DNA of 64,000 nucleotides from an uncultured Planctomycetales bacterium (lineage in GTDB: Bacteria; Omnitrophota; Gorgyraeia; Zapsychrales; JANLHA01). The stretch is from NCBI GenBank assembly GCA_964595465.1, contig CAZQQI010000005.1:9562-73561 (forward strand), given 5' to 3'. A program made the translations under genes and the position numbers. The first letter of the stretch is position 1, and each line of letters begins with the position of its first letter. Of this stretch, positions 33,635 through 46,373 are shown piece after piece. The notes below the pieces were generated by a model. That model was not told the DNA's origin, did no database searches, and saw only the letters and a program-made list of their open reading frames with translations.

Positions 33635-34405
33635 ATGGCCGATGTGATCGATTACCGTATTTTCGGGGATGACATGCAGATGGTCGAGATCGAACTTGAT
33701 CCGGGAGAGGGCGTCCGCGCCGAGGCCGGAGCCATGATGTACATGGAGGCTGACCTGACAATGCAGACCTCCGCCCACGGCGGGCTGTTCGGGGGATTCA
33801 AGCGCATGTTCACCGGGGAAAGTTTTTTTATTACCACGTTCCTCAACCAGGGTGGTGTTAAGCGGCATGTGGCTTTCGGCGCACCTTATCCGGGTAAGGT
33901 TGTCCCGCTTGATCTGCAGCAGCTCGGCGGACAGTTTTTATGCCAGAAAGACGCCTTTCTCTGCGCGGCGCGCGGTACGGATATTGAGGTCGCGTTTACC
34001 AAGCGTTTCGGCGCCGGGCTATTCGGCGGAGAAGGGTTTATTCTTCAGCGGCTCAACGGTGACGGCCTGACTTTTATTCATGCCGGCGGAACAGTGATCC
34101 GCAAAGAACTGCAGGCCGGGGAAACCCTGCGTGTCGATACCGGCTGTCTCGTGGCCCTGGCCCCGACCGTGGATTATGATATTCAGTTCGTGGGAGGCTT
34201 CAAGAATGCTTTATTCAGCGGGGAGGGATTGTTTTTTGCCAAGCTCACCGGCCCGGGTCTGGTCTACCTGCAGACCCTGCCGTTTTCCCGTTTGGCCGAC
34301 AGGGTGATTGCCGCCGCGGGATATCGTCAGCAGGGAGAACAGCGCTCCGGAGCCGCCGGCATTGCCGGGGATATTATCGGCGGATTGATTCAGGGGGATC
34401 GGTAA
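33635..34405 (+). CDS. AIM24/DUF124 (TIGR00266) family protein
   Basis: 256 aa with the N-terminal ...[32 protein letters not shown]... pattern typical of the DUF124/AIM24 family. A good SD GAAAGGAG is present. Confidence 0.6.
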   Translation: MADVIDYRIFGDDMQMVEIELDPGEGVRAEAGAMMYMEADLTMQTSAHGGLFGGFKRMFTGESFFITTFLNQGGVKRHVAFGAPYPGKVVPLDLQQLGGQFLCQKDAFLCAARGTDIEVAFTKRFGAGLFGGEGFILQRLNGDGLTFIHAGGTVIRKELQAGETLRVDTGCLVALAPTVDYDIQFVGGFKNALFSGEGLFFAKLTGPGLVYLQTLPFSRLADRVIAAAGYRQQGEQRSGAAGIAGDIIGGLIQGDR

Positions 34406-34462
34406 GGTCACCACGTCGCAAGATCACATGGAGACCTTATGATCTCGAACGAAAGAAGGACT

Positions 34463-37253
<2,791 letters not shown>

Positions 37254-37270
<17 letters not shown>

Positions 37271-38150
37271 TCATGTCGAATCTTTTTTGAATTATCTGGC
37301 TGTGGAACGGGGCCTGGCGGATAATACGCTGTCGGCGTACCGGCGTGATCTTAAAAAATATGCGGCTTTTTTAAACGAACAGGGTTGTCCCGGTCCGGAA
37401 TCAGCCAGCCGGGATCAGGTGACCGATTATATTTATGCCCTCAAACGGGAGGGGCGTGAGGTAACCACGATTTGCCGCAATTTGGCGGCTGTAAAGGGGT
37501 TTCACCGATTTTTGGTCCGCGAAGAAGTTGCCCGCGAAGATCCTACAGCTCTGGTCGAGACACCGCGTTTATGGCAGAGGGTCCCGGACGTGCTGTCCGA
37601 AAGGGAAGTTGAGTCTATGATCCGCGCTGCCAGAGGGCATGATATTCAGACCGTGCGCAACCGCGCCATTCTGGAATTATTTTATGCCTCGGGGATGCGG
37701 GTTTCAGAATTGGCGGATTTGCTTCTGGAAAATGTGCACGCGGATGCCGGGTATGTCCGGTGTACGGGAAAAGGACAAAAAGAAAGGATCGTGCCTGTCG
37801 GACGGGAAGCGGTCGCCGCGGTCGAGGAATATGTCGGCAGTGCCCGCCCGGCACTGGCCAAAGGCTCGTCCTGCCGTCAGGTGTTCATCAGCCGGTTGGG
37901 ACGCCGTTTAAGCCGGCAGAGCCTGTGGAAGATCATTAAAAAGTATGTCCGTCTGGCCGGGATCCGCAAGACGATCAAGCCGCATACCTTGAGGCATTCC
38001 TTCGCGACCCATTTGCTGGCCCGCGGAGCGGACCTGCGCTCGGTCCAGGAAATGCTGGGGCACGCGGATATCTCGACCACACAGATTTATACCCATGTGG
38101 ACCACGAGCGTCTGCGTCAGGTTCATAAGAAATTTCATCCCCGGGGGTGA
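37254..38150 (+). CDS. xerD: Tyrosine recombinase XerD
   Basis: Collinear with E. coli XerD, including the C-terminus ...[31 protein letters not shown] (E. coli XerD [31 protein letters not shown]) and the RHxxR...Y catalytic residues. Confidence 0.85.
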
Positions 38151-38154
38151 TCGC

Positions 38155-39180
38155 GTGGCAGTGGATTTCAAACAATTACCTGGTCCTTTACGGAAAAGGG
38201 TCCGTGATATTGCCGGGTTCTGTAAGACCCGCGATATCGATCTGTATTTGGTCGGGGGCTGTGTCCGCGATCTTTTACTCGGGCGGCAGACGTTCGATAT
38301 TGATGTGGTCTGCCCGGCGCCGGCCGTCTCTGCGGCCCGGGAGTTCGCGGCCCGGGAACACCTGGATGTCACAACACATGACCGCTTCGGTACAGCGACC
38401 CTTTTTTATCATGACGGAACGTATATCGACTGGGTGACGGCGCGTAAGGAACGTTATGACCGGCCCGGCGCACTGCCGGAGGTTGAGCCGTCATCGCTTG
38501 AGGAGGACCTGTTCCGGCGGGATTTCACGCTCAATGCCGTCGCCGCATCTTTAGCTCCGGGAGCCGAGGGCGAACTTGTGGATCCGTATGACGGGCAGAA
38601 GGATTTGCGTGCCGGTGTTCTGCGTGTTCTGCATGGAGAGAGTTTTCGCGACGATCCGACCCGGATTCTGCGCGGGGTCCGTTTCGCTCAGCGTTTTGAT
38701 TTTAATTTCTCCCCTGAGACCCGGGAACTGGCGGTGTGCGCTCTGGCTGAAGGCGTTTGGAGAACGGTCTCCGGGCCGCGCTATTTTCAGGAATGCCTGC
38801 GGTTCTGCAGTGAGCCTTCGCCGTTATCCTGTTTTCGCGGTCTGGCCCGGCTGGCTGCGGGCGGAATGCTTCCTGATGGGGAACAGGTCGACTTGAACAT
38901 GATGGCGGCATTGGAAAGATCTCTTTCATCCGACGGGGCCTGGCAGGCCGTCCCGGCTGAGGTGCGCGTCCGGCAATTTGCGCTTACGTTTTTTCTGGGG
39001 ATGACAGAGGATGTCCGGCAGAAATATCTGCTGGAATTCCAGGCGGGGCGGGATCTGAAACGGCTCATCACGCAGGCGGAACAATGCCTTGATGGTGATC
39101 CGGGCGGGCTGACAGAACGCACGCTCTCCTGTGATCCTGCTGTATATGATCTGATCGCGCATGTCGTAAAGAATGACTGA
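38155..39180 (+). CDS. tRNA nucleotidyltransferase / poly(A) polymerase family protein (CCA-adding enzyme-like), GTG start
   Basis: The Pol-beta-type NT head domain ...LYLVGGCVRDLLLG...DIDVV... and the RNA-binding ...RRDFTLNA... are present. No HD domain is evident. The start is set at GTG 38155, after the xerD stop. Confidence 0.65.
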   Translation: MAVDFKQLPGPLRKRVRDIAGFCKTRDIDLYLVGGCVRDLLLGRQTFDIDVVCPAPAVSAAREFAAREHLDVTTHDRFGTATLFYHDGTYIDWVTARKERYDRPGALPEVEPSSLEEDLFRRDFTLNAVAASLAPGAEGELVDPYDGQKDLRAGVLRVLHGESFRDDPTRILRGVRFAQRFDFNFSPETRELAVCALAEGVWRTVSGPRYFQECLRFCSEPSPLSCFRGLARLAAGGMLPDGEQVDLNMMAALERSLSSDGAWQAVPAEVRVRQFALTFFLGMTEDVRQKYLLEFQAGRDLKRLITQAEQCLDGDPGGLTERTLSCDPAVYDLIAHVVKND

Positions 39181-39195
39181 ATTGGGAGGTTTATT

Positions 39196-39594
39196 ATGGG
39201 ACGTATGGAGAGGATCAATCAATTGATCAAAATAGAGATCGGCAATATTATTCAAAAGGATCTGGCCGATCCCCGTCTGCAGTTTGTTTCGGTGACTAAG
39301 GTCCGGGTCACGCCTGATCTTCAGGAAGCCAGGGTGGGCTTTAGTGTGCTGGGCGGACGGGAAAGAGTCGCTGAGGCGGAGGCCGTGCTGCAGCGGGTGG
39401 CGGGCATAGTGCGCCGTCTGATCAGCCAGCGGGTGACCCTGCGGCATACACCGCGCGTCGAGTTCGTCTATGACCCGTCCATTGAATACAGCAGCCGTGT
39501 CGAGGAGGTCCTGGACGACATCCAGAGAGCAGAGCAAGGCGGGTCCCCGGATTCGCCGGCGGATGATGAGGAGGTGCGGGATGAATCCGTTTAA
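39196..39594 (+). CDS. rbfA: Ribosome-binding factor A
   Basis: RbfA family, with ...RINQLIKIEIGNIIQ..DP and a KH-like fold sequence. An SD GGGAGG is present. Confidence 0.85.
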   Translation: MGRMERINQLIKIEIGNIIQKDLADPRLQFVSVTKVRVTPDLQEARVGFSVLGGRERVAEAEAVLQRVAGIVRRLISQRVTLRHTPRVEFVYDPSIEYSSRVEEVLDDIQRAEQGGSPDSPADDEEVRDESV

Positions 39595-40555
39595 AGATGT
39601 TTTAAACGTGATCCGCGACAATGACCGTTTTCTGCTTTCCACGCACGTCAATCCCGATCCTGACGCCCTGACGTCACAGCTGGTCCTGGCAGAATATCTG
39701 CGCCGTAAAGGCAAGAGGGTCGCTATGATCAACGCCGAGTCCGTTCCGGCGCGGTTTGAGTTCCTTCCCGGATCGTCAAAGATCAAGCCCCTTGGTGACC
39801 GCGTGCGTCTGGCCTATGATGCCGCTATTGTAACGGACTGCGGGGATAAAACCCGCGTGGGAGAGGTTGGACGTCTTTTGCGTCCGGGCCGGCCGCTGGT
39901 CAATATTGACCATCATGTCACAAATACTGCTTTTGGAGATGTGAATTGTGTTTTGCCCGTTTCGTCGAGCGCGGAGATCATCTTTGAACTCCTGCAGGCG
40001 GAGAAGATGCCGCTGGATCAGCAGACGGCATATTTGTTGTACATCGGGATCATGACCGATACCGGGTCGTTCCGCTATGAGAATTCTTCAGCGCGGACGC
40101 ATGAGATCGTAGCGCAGTTAATGCGGTTCGGCATCTCGCCTCCGCAGATCTATAAAAAGATCTATGAAACGATTCCTGTCAATGATTTGAAATATTTCAC
40201 CAAATTGGTCAGTGATTTTGAGCCCTTGTATGACGGACGCGTGGTCTGTGTGGAGCTTTCCCGGAATGTGGTTAAGAAGTTTTCCGCGGAGTTTGATCTG
40301 CGCGATAAGATCTTCCGGTATTTACGGGCTATTAAAGGCGTTGAGGTGCTGGTCATTTTGACCGAGCAGGACGCGAAGACGACCCGGGTCAATTTCCGTT
40401 CTTTGGGAAGGGCGGACGTGGCGCGCATCGCCAGCCGTTTTGACGGCGGCGGGCACAGTCAGGCCAGCGGAAGCCAGCTTTCCTGCGATATGCCCTCCGC
40501 GCGCAGAAAGGTCCTGCGTGCCGTGAAGAAAGCACTTGAAGCTGACGTATCATGA
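39581..40555 (+). CDS. nrnA: DHH-family phosphoesterase (NrnA-like oligoribonuclease / pAp phosphatase)
   Basis: The DHH motifs ...THVNPDPDA... and ...DHH... plus a DHHA1 C-terminal region (GGGH) are present. The start is set at ATG 39581, overlapping rbfA by 14 nt (the ORF track starts at 39470). Confidence 0.75.
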   Translation: MNPFKDVLNVIRDNDRFLLSTHVNPDPDALTSQLVLAEYLRRKGKRVAMINAESVPARFEFLPGSSKIKPLGDRVRLAYDAAIVTDCGDKTRVGEVGRLLRPGRPLVNIDHHVTNTAFGDVNCVLPVSSSAEIIFELLQAEKMPLDQQTAYLLYIGIMTDTGSFRYENSSARTHEIVAQLMRFGISPPQIYKKIYETIPVNDLKYFTKLVSDFEPLYDGRVVCVELSRNVVKKFSAEFDLRDKIFRYLRAIKGVEVLVILTEQDAKTTRVNFRSLGRADVARIASRFDGGGHSQASGSQLSCDMPSARRKVLRAVKKALEADVS

Positions 40556-40824
40556 CGCGTGATCAATGATGTCCGCTCATAGCTGTCTAAGTTAGGATTC
40601 CCTTCCCCTTGCGGGAGGGTTAGGGAGGGGGATCTCGTCAAGCAAAACCCCCGCCCGGCCTTCCCCTTAAAGGGGAGGAGCGATAGCGTATTTCATGTCT
40701 CTGACAATTTTTCTCGACGGATAATGATGCCTAATGGGAGCACACGTGATGTCCGTTATAGATTTTTAAAGACCGGCAGACATTAAAATGATCGTTATAA
40801 CATGTATATGTATGAGGAGTTGAT

Positions 40825-41520
40825 ATGGTCTACAAGCAGCAAAAAGGACAGGATGTTTTAGAAGGGATCCTCGTCGTGAATAAGCCCGCGGGCATGACGT
40901 CGCATGATGTGGTCGACCGTGTCCGCCGCCGGCTGGGGATGCGCCGTGTCGGTCACGCCGGCACACTGGATCCGCTGGCGACCGGCGTCCTGATCATTCT
41001 GGTCGGCAGATCAACGAAATTGTTCAACCGGTTTATGGATTTTGATAAAGCCTACCGTGCGACCCTGCGTCTTGGGCTGACCACAACCACCGCCGATATT
41101 CAGGGCGAGGTCCTGCAGGAAAAAGACTTTTCCGGCGTCAATGAGGACGCGTTACGGGATGCCTTCAGCGGATTCGTTGGGGATATTGAACAGATCCCGC
41201 CGATGGTCTCTGCCGTTAAGGTGAAGGGCCGGCGTCTTTATGAACTGGCCCGGAAGGGGATCGAGGTTGAGCGCAAGCCCCGCAGGATCCATATCGAACG
41301 TATTGATCTGAAATCGTTCTCTGCTCCAGACGCGGAATTTTTTCTTGAGTGTTCTAAAGGGACCTATGTCCGCAAACTCGCCGAGGATGTCGGGGAGGTG
41401 GTCGGCTGCGGGGCCTGTGTGACACAGATCGAGCGGACCCGTGTGGGGCCGTATATCCTTGACCAGGCCGTAGAGCTGGACCAAATCCGCGAAGAAGATC
41501 TCAGGCCGTTTTCAGAGTGA
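40825..41520 (+). CDS. truB: tRNA pseudouridine-55 synthase TruB (catalytic domain only, no PUA domain)
   Basis: The catalytic motif GHAGTLDPLATGVL is present. The protein is 231 aa, versus about 314 for E. coli TruB, so the C-terminal PUA domain is absent. Confidence 0.85.
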   Translation: MVYKQQKGQDVLEGILVVNKPAGMTSHDVVDRVRRRLGMRRVGHAGTLDPLATGVLIILVGRSTKLFNRFMDFDKAYRATLRLGLTTTTADIQGEVLQEKDFSGVNEDALRDAFSGFVGDIEQIPPMVSAVKVKGRRLYELARKGIEVERKPRRIHIERIDLKSFSAPDAEFFLECSKGTYVRKLAEDVGEVVGCGACVTQIERTRVGPYILDQAVELDQIREEDLRPFSE

Positions 41521-41644
41521 ATGATCAGGATCTGCAATATGATCGATGCGTTCTCAATACATATCACGAACAATGCAATTTTGTTTGATTTTTAAATTTA
41601 CTGTTTGATCGCTGATCAGTTTCATTGATAAATTAGGATGACGC

Positions 41645-42589
41645 ATGGACCTTATCCACGGCATTTCGGCATGCCGCCATACTTACCAGAATGTGGTTTT
41701 AGCCATCGGGGTTTTTGACGGCCTGCATCATGGGCACCGCCGTCTGATCGAGAAGACCCGGGAGAGGGCCGGGACGATCGGCGGGACAAGCATGGTGATG
41801 ACGTTTGACCCTCACCCGGTCAATGTCCTGCACCCCGACCGCGCTGTTCCCCTGATCGCCTCATTGCCTTACCGTTTGAAATTGCTTGAGGAGACCGGTG
41901 TGGACGTCTGTTGTTTGATCCGCTTTAACCGGCGTTTTGCCCGTCTTCTTCCAGAAGATTTTATCCGCCGGTATCTGGTCGATTGCCTGCAGGTGTCCGA
42001 GGTTGTCGTCGGGGAAGATTTTCGTTTCGGACGGAACCGCGCTGGTAACGCCCGATCCTTAAAAGAGGCCGGACAGGAATGCGGCTTCCGTGTTCACACG
42101 GTGAAGATCCGCCGGGATACGGACCGGGAAAAACAGGTCAGCAGCAGCCGCATCCGCCGCCTGATCGCCCGGGGAGATGTCTGCGAAGCGGCGCGTCTGC
42201 TGGACCGTCCCGTTGCAGTGATGGGACAGGTCATATCCGGTGACCGGCGGGGGAGGAGACTGGGATATCCCACGGCCAATCTTGATACCCGCATGACCGG
42301 AGCGGTTCCTAACGGGGTCTTTTGTGTACGTATTCATGTCGGCCGCGGAACATATTACGGCATCGCCAACGTGGGCCGCCGCCCTTCGTTTAAAAAAGAT
42401 CAGGCTCCGGCTGTGGAAGTCCATATCTTCGACCTGCGCCGCGACCTTTACGGCAAAACTGTGATCGTGGAGTTTTTGAAAAAGATCCGCGATGAGCAGA
42501 AATTTTCTTCTTCTGACCAGCTGGTGGAGCGTTTGAGGCAGGATGAGCAGTATGCCCGCGGCTGGTTCCTTCGTCACTCTCAAACGTAA
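41645..42589 (+). CDS. ribF: Bifunctional riboflavin kinase / FMN adenylyltransferase
   Basis: An N-terminal FAD synthetase domain (...IGVFDGLHHGHR...) and a C-terminal riboflavin kinase domain are present in a 314-aa protein. Confidence 0.9.
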   Translation: MDLIHGISACRHTYQNVVLAIGVFDGLHHGHRRLIEKTRERAGTIGGTSMVMTFDPHPVNVLHPDRAVPLIASLPYRLKLLEETGVDVCCLIRFNRRFARLLPEDFIRRYLVDCLQVSEVVVGEDFRFGRNRAGNARSLKEAGQECGFRVHTVKIRRDTDREKQVSSSRIRRLIARGDVCEAARLLDRPVAVMGQVISGDRRGRRLGYPTANLDTRMTGAVPNGVFCVRIHVGRGTYYGIANVGRRPSFKKDQAPAVEVHIFDLRRDLYGKTVIVEFLKKIRDEQKFSSSDQLVERLRQDEQYARGWFLRHSQT

Positions 42590-42718
42590 TATTTTTTCCC
42601 GAAGAGATTCTTTTTTGATTCTTTATAAATAATCCCGCCATACGTCTGCCATATGTAGCCCTTAAGAGGGTTTTTTCCTCAACATGTTGTATACCAATGA
42701 AATAGAGCTGATTTGCTA

Positions 42719-42747
42719 TTGACAGGCGCAGACTTATTTAATATACT
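42719..42747 (+). promoter_or_regulatory. mraZ (Pmra) promoter TTGACA-17-TATACT
   Basis: TTGACA at 42719-42724, a 17-bp spacer and TATACT at 42742-42747 are read directly. Confidence 0.6.
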
Positions 42748-42757
42748 TGAAAGCGTA

Positions 42758-42783
42758 GTGGAGGAAAGTGGAGTAAAGTGGAA
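42758..42783 (+). promoter_or_regulatory. MraZ operator: three direct repeats GTGGAG / GTGGAG / GTGGAA at 10-bp periodicity just downstream of the -10
   Basis: The repeats at 42758, 42768 and 42778 are read directly. In E. coli, MraZ binds three TGGGN-type direct repeats at 10-bp spacing in its own promoter. Confidence 0.6.
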
Positions 42784-42803
42784 CAAATACCTGGAAGGCC
42801 GTT

Positions 42804-43241
42804 ATGTTCTACGGGGAATTTCAACATAGCATTGATCCCAAAGGCCGTCTGATCCTGCCCGCCCGCATTCGTGACGTCAGCCGTGAATACGGCATCGACC
42901 GTTTTTTTCTCACCCGCGGACTGGATAAATGTATTTTTATGTTCAGTGAAGAAGAGTGGCGCCTTCAGGAAAAGAAATTTAAAAACCTTTCCTTCACGAA
43001 ACGGGAAACGCGCAGTTTCAATCGTTTATTCTTTTCCGGTGCCGTCGGCATCAATCCAGACAAGCAGGGGCGCTTCGTGATCCCGCAATATTTAAAAACC
43101 TATGCGGGGATCGAACAGAAGACCATCGTGATCGGGGTATCCAACAGGATCGAGATCTGGAGCCAGGATGTGTGGCAGAATTTTTATGATGAGAGCAGCG
43201 CGTCGTTTGAAAAGATCGCCGAGAATATGATTGATCTCTAG
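42804..43241 (+). CDS. mraZ: Transcriptional regulator MraZ
   Basis: Two tandem MraZ/SpoVT-AbrB-like halves carry the conserved DxxxR motifs (SIDPKGRLILPARIRD and INPDKQGRFVIPQYLK). This is the first gene of the dcw cluster. Confidence 0.9.
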   Translation: MFYGEFQHSIDPKGRLILPARIRDVSREYGIDRFFLTRGLDKCIFMFSEEEWRLQEKKFKNLSFTKRETRSFNRLFFSGAVGINPDKQGRFVIPQYLKTYAGIEQKTIVIGVSNRIEIWSQDVWQNFYDESSASFEKIAENMIDL

Positions 43242-43251
43242 CGGGGAAAGT

Positions 43252-44184
43252 ATGGGTGTATCCATGGTGGCGGACAATATGAACGAGCATAAACAGCATA
43301 TCCCGGTTATGGACCGTACCGTTCAGCACATGCTGGATTTAAAAGAAGGGGATATTGTCCTCGACGGAACTCTTGGCATGGGCGGGCATGCGTCTTCATC
43401 AGCGCAGCGGATCGGATCCTCCGGCCGTCTGATCGGACTGGACCGCGACCGTCAGGCCCTGGAGATCGCGGCAGAGAATTTAGCGGTGTGTCCTTGCCGT
43501 AAAGATCTCCGTCATTCTGATTTCCGTTATCTCGATGAGGTTCTGGATGAACTGCATATTCCCGCTGTTGATGCGATCCTGCTGGATCTGGGTGTTTCCA
43601 GCGTTCAATTGGACGACGCTGCCCGCGGATTTTCCTTCCGGGAGAACGGCCCGCTGGATATGCGCATGGACCGCGAACATTTTATATCCGCCTACGACCT
43701 GGTCAATTCTCTTTCCGAACGCGAGCTTTCGACTATCCTGCAGAAATACGGGGAAGAGCGCTTTCATGACCGTATCGCGCATTTCGTTATCGAGCAGCGT
43801 TCTCGCCATCCTATCGAGACGACCCGGGAATTGGGCGAACTGGTCGCGCGGGCAATACCGGGACGCGGCCGCCGCTACAAGATCCACCCGGCGACAAGGA
43901 CATTTCAGGCCCTGCGTATCGCGGTCAACAGGGAGCTGGAGAGTTTGGATATCGCTTTGGAAAAAGGGCTGCAGCGTCTTAAAACCCGGGGGAGGATGTG
44001 TGTCATCGCGTTTCATTCTCTGGAAGACCGTATTGTTAAACACACTTTCCGGAAATGGGCTAAAGAGGGCCAGGTCCAATTGCTGACCAAAAAACCTCTG
44101 CGCCCGGATGATCAGGAGATCAGTGAAAATAAAAGGGCACGCAGCGCGCGGGTGCGCTGTATTGAACGCAAGGCCTCATTCTAA
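43252..44184 (+). CDS. rsmH: 16S rRNA (cytosine1402-N4)-methyltransferase RsmH (MraW)
   Basis: The SAM motifs ...VLDGTLGMGGH... and ...DLGVSS.Q... are present. The start is set at ATG 43252, which has a GGGGAAAG SD. Confidence 0.85.
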   Translation: MGVSMVADNMNEHKQHIPVMDRTVQHMLDLKEGDIVLDGTLGMGGHASSSAQRIGSSGRLIGLDRDRQALEIAAENLAVCPCRKDLRHSDFRYLDEVLDELHIPAVDAILLDLGVSSVQLDDAARGFSFRENGPLDMRMDREHFISAYDLVNSLSERELSTILQKYGEERFHDRIAHFVIEQRSRHPIETTRELGELVARAIPGRGRRYKIHPATRTFQALRIAVNRELESLDIALEKGLQRLKTRGRMCVIAFHSLEDRIVKHTFRKWAKEGQVQLLTKKPLRPDDQEISENKRARSARVRCIERKASF

Positions 44185-44199
44185 AAGGGAAGGCGGCTT

Positions 44200-44610
44200 A
44201 TGAAACTCGGCAAATTTATCCAGTGTATGTTTGTGGTTACAGTCGTCGCCTTGATCTATCTGCATATGCAGCTGAAGATCTTTTCCCTGGCCTACGAAGG
44301 CAAAGAGAGGGAGCAGCAGCTCAGCCGTCTTAAAGAAGATCAGACCATGGTCTCGTATAATATCCTGGAGCTAAAGTCCGCCAGTCATCTGGGGAGTAAG
44401 ATCTTTACTGAGGATGGCGTTCTGCGGTTTTGCGACCGCAAAAGCATTGTTCAGGTCGCGGCAGCCGATTCCGGCAGTACCGGTGCGGCATACGGACAGA
44501 AACGCAAACCCGGACTGATCGCGCGGTTTCTTTCCCTGCAGAAACAGGCGGAAGCCGAGGCCACGGAACACAAATCCGGCAAGCCCTGGCAGAGTGCTTT
44601 TCGGCGGTAA
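44200..44610 (+). CDS. ftsL: Cell division protein FtsL-like (single TM plus coiled coil)
   Basis: An N-terminal TM helix and a heptad-rich region are present. The gene sits at the conserved position between rsmH and ftsI. At 136 aa it is longer than a typical FtsL. Confidence 0.55.
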   Translation: MKLGKFIQCMFVVTVVALIYLHMQLKIFSLAYEGKEREQQLSRLKEDQTMVSYNILELKSASHLGSKIFTEDGVLRFCDRKSIVQVAAADSGSTGAAYGQKRKPGLIARFLSLQKQAEAEATEHKSGKPWQSAFRR

Positions 44611-44658
44611 ACCCGTTTTTCCATTTAACATCAATCACGCGCTGTCCACCGGATAGCC

Positions 44659-46371
44659 TTGCAGACCTGCAGACAAAGAGATCGCTACGTGTATATCCGC
44701 AAATATACCGGCCGTTTCGTTGCCGTTTTTCTTTCCTTAATTATCCTCCTTTTATTTTTTACGGGCCGTTTGGTTTATATCCAGGTTTTCCGTTCGTCTT
44801 ATCTTGCCAAGCTGGCAGAGCGCCAGCATAATCAGTCGATCAAAATTGAGCCGGTCCGGGGCGTTATTTTGGACCGTAATCTCCGTCCCCTGGCCATGAA
44901 TGTGCCGGTCTATTCCCTCTACGCTAATCCCCGCCGCATGTCACCGGAGGCTAAAGAGCGGGCCGTGCGCAGTCTGCCGGAAGTCATGGACCTGAACCGG
45001 GATTTTATCCGAAGCCGTCTTGACCGGGATAAATTTTTTATCTGGATCGCGCGCAAACTTCCGTTAGACCAGGCCGAAGCGGTGCGGGCCCTGGAGATCC
45101 CCGGTTTAAGTTTTATCAAAGAAGCCCGGCGCTATTATCCCAATCAGCATCTTGCAGCGCACGTGCTGGGCTTTGCCGGTATGGATAACACCGGTCTTGA
45201 GGGGCTGGAACTGCAGTTCGATGATGTTCTGCGCGGCAGGGACGGCAGTGCCCTGGTCCTGAGAGACGCCCGTCAGCAGCAGCTCATGCTGGATCATGGA
45301 TTGATCCCCCCGCAGGACGGATTTTCTCTGGTCCTGACCCTGGATGAAACAATTCAGTATATTGCTGAAGAAGCCCTGGATAAAGCCTACCGCGAGAACA
45401 ACGCGAAATGGGCCAGTATTATTGTTATGAACCCTAATACTGGTGAGATCCTGGCCCTGGCCAACCGTCCGACTTATGATCTTAATGATTTTGGGGAGTC
45501 ATCGGTCGCCTCGCGGACCAACCGGGCCATCGCGCATGTCTATGAACCGGGATCCGTGTTCAAGATCGTCGCCGCCGCCGCAGCGTTAGAAGAAGACGCC
45601 TTCCATGAGGACGATGAGATCTTTTGCGAAAACGGACGCTACCGTGTCGGCAGCAGGATCCTGCATGATCATCACCCGCACGGCAAGCTCACGTTCAAGG
45701 AAGTGATCGAGCAGTCCAGCAATATCGGCACCACCAAGATCGCGCAGAAACTGGGACCGCAGATCTTCTATAAGTATGTCAAGCGGTTCAATTTCGGGGA
45801 ATTGACCGGCATTGATCTTCGCGGTGAAGTCGCCGGTATGCTCAAGCCGCCTTCCCGCTGGTCGAAAACCACGATCAGCGCGATGCCGATCGGACACGAA
45901 GTAGCGGCGACCCCGCTTCAGTTGGTCTGCGCGGTTTCGGCTGTGGCCAATGGCGGGACATATCTGCGGCCCTTTGTGGTAAAATATATCAAAGATAAAC
46001 ACGATGAATTGATCCGCTCCTTTGAACCCCGCGAGATCGACCGTGTGATCAGCCCGTCGACAGCAGAACGCGTCAAAAAGATCCTGCAGGGTGTTGTGGA
46101 CCGGGGCACCGGACGCCGCGCTCAGATCGCGGGGATCGGGATCGGAGGCAAGACCGGCACGTCGCAGAAGATCGTTGACGGGCGCTATTCTCATAGCAAA
46201 TATTACGCGTCATTTATCGGGTTCGCTCCGGTGGATCATCCCCGGATCGCGGCTGTGGTCATGTTTGATGAACCTCATCCGAACCACTACGGAGGGACGG
46301 TCGCGGCCCCGGCATTTCGGGAAATGCTTGCCGGAACACTGCAGTATCTGGAAGCAAAAGGAGCCTTTTAA
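44659..46371 (+). CDS. ftsI: Peptidoglycan D,D-transpeptidase FtsI (PBP3)
   Basis: A TM anchor, a dimerisation domain and the transpeptidase motifs SVFK (SxxK), SSN and KTGT are present. Confidence 0.9.
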   Translation: MQTCRQRDRYVYIRKYTGRFVAVFLSLIILLLFFTGRLVYIQVFRSSYLAKLAERQHNQSIKIEPVRGVILDRNLRPLAMNVPVYSLYANPRRMSPEAKERAVRSLPEVMDLNRDFIRSRLDRDKFFIWIARKLPLDQAEAVRALEIPGLSFIKEARRYYPNQHLAAHVLGFAGMDNTGLEGLELQFDDVLRGRDGSALVLRDARQQQLMLDHGLIPPQDGFSLVLTLDETIQYIAEEALDKAYRENNAKWASIIVMNPNTGEILALANRPTYDLNDFGESSVASRTNRAIAHVYEPGSVFKIVAAAAALEEDAFHEDDEIFCENGRYRVGSRILHDHHPHGKLTFKEVIEQSSNIGTTKIAQKLGPQIFYKYVKRFNFGELTGIDLRGEVAGMLKPPSRWSKTTISAMPIGHEVAATPLQLVCAVSAVANGGTYLRPFVVKYIKDKHDELIRSFEPREIDRVISPSTAERVKKILQGVVDRGTGRRAQIAGIGIGGKTGTSQKIVDGRYSHSKYYASFIGFAPVDHPRIAAVVMFDEPHPNHYGGTVAAPAFREMLAGTLQYLEAKGAF

Positions 46372-46373
46372 CC

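Noticed and set aside
40790-40824. Possible dif-like Xer site (TTATAACATGTATATGTATGA) upstream of truB, given xerD nearby
   Set aside because: It has no 11-6-11 dyad symmetry and no match to the XerC/XerD arm consensus. ATGTAT is just tandemly repeated. There are no recombinase-site features.
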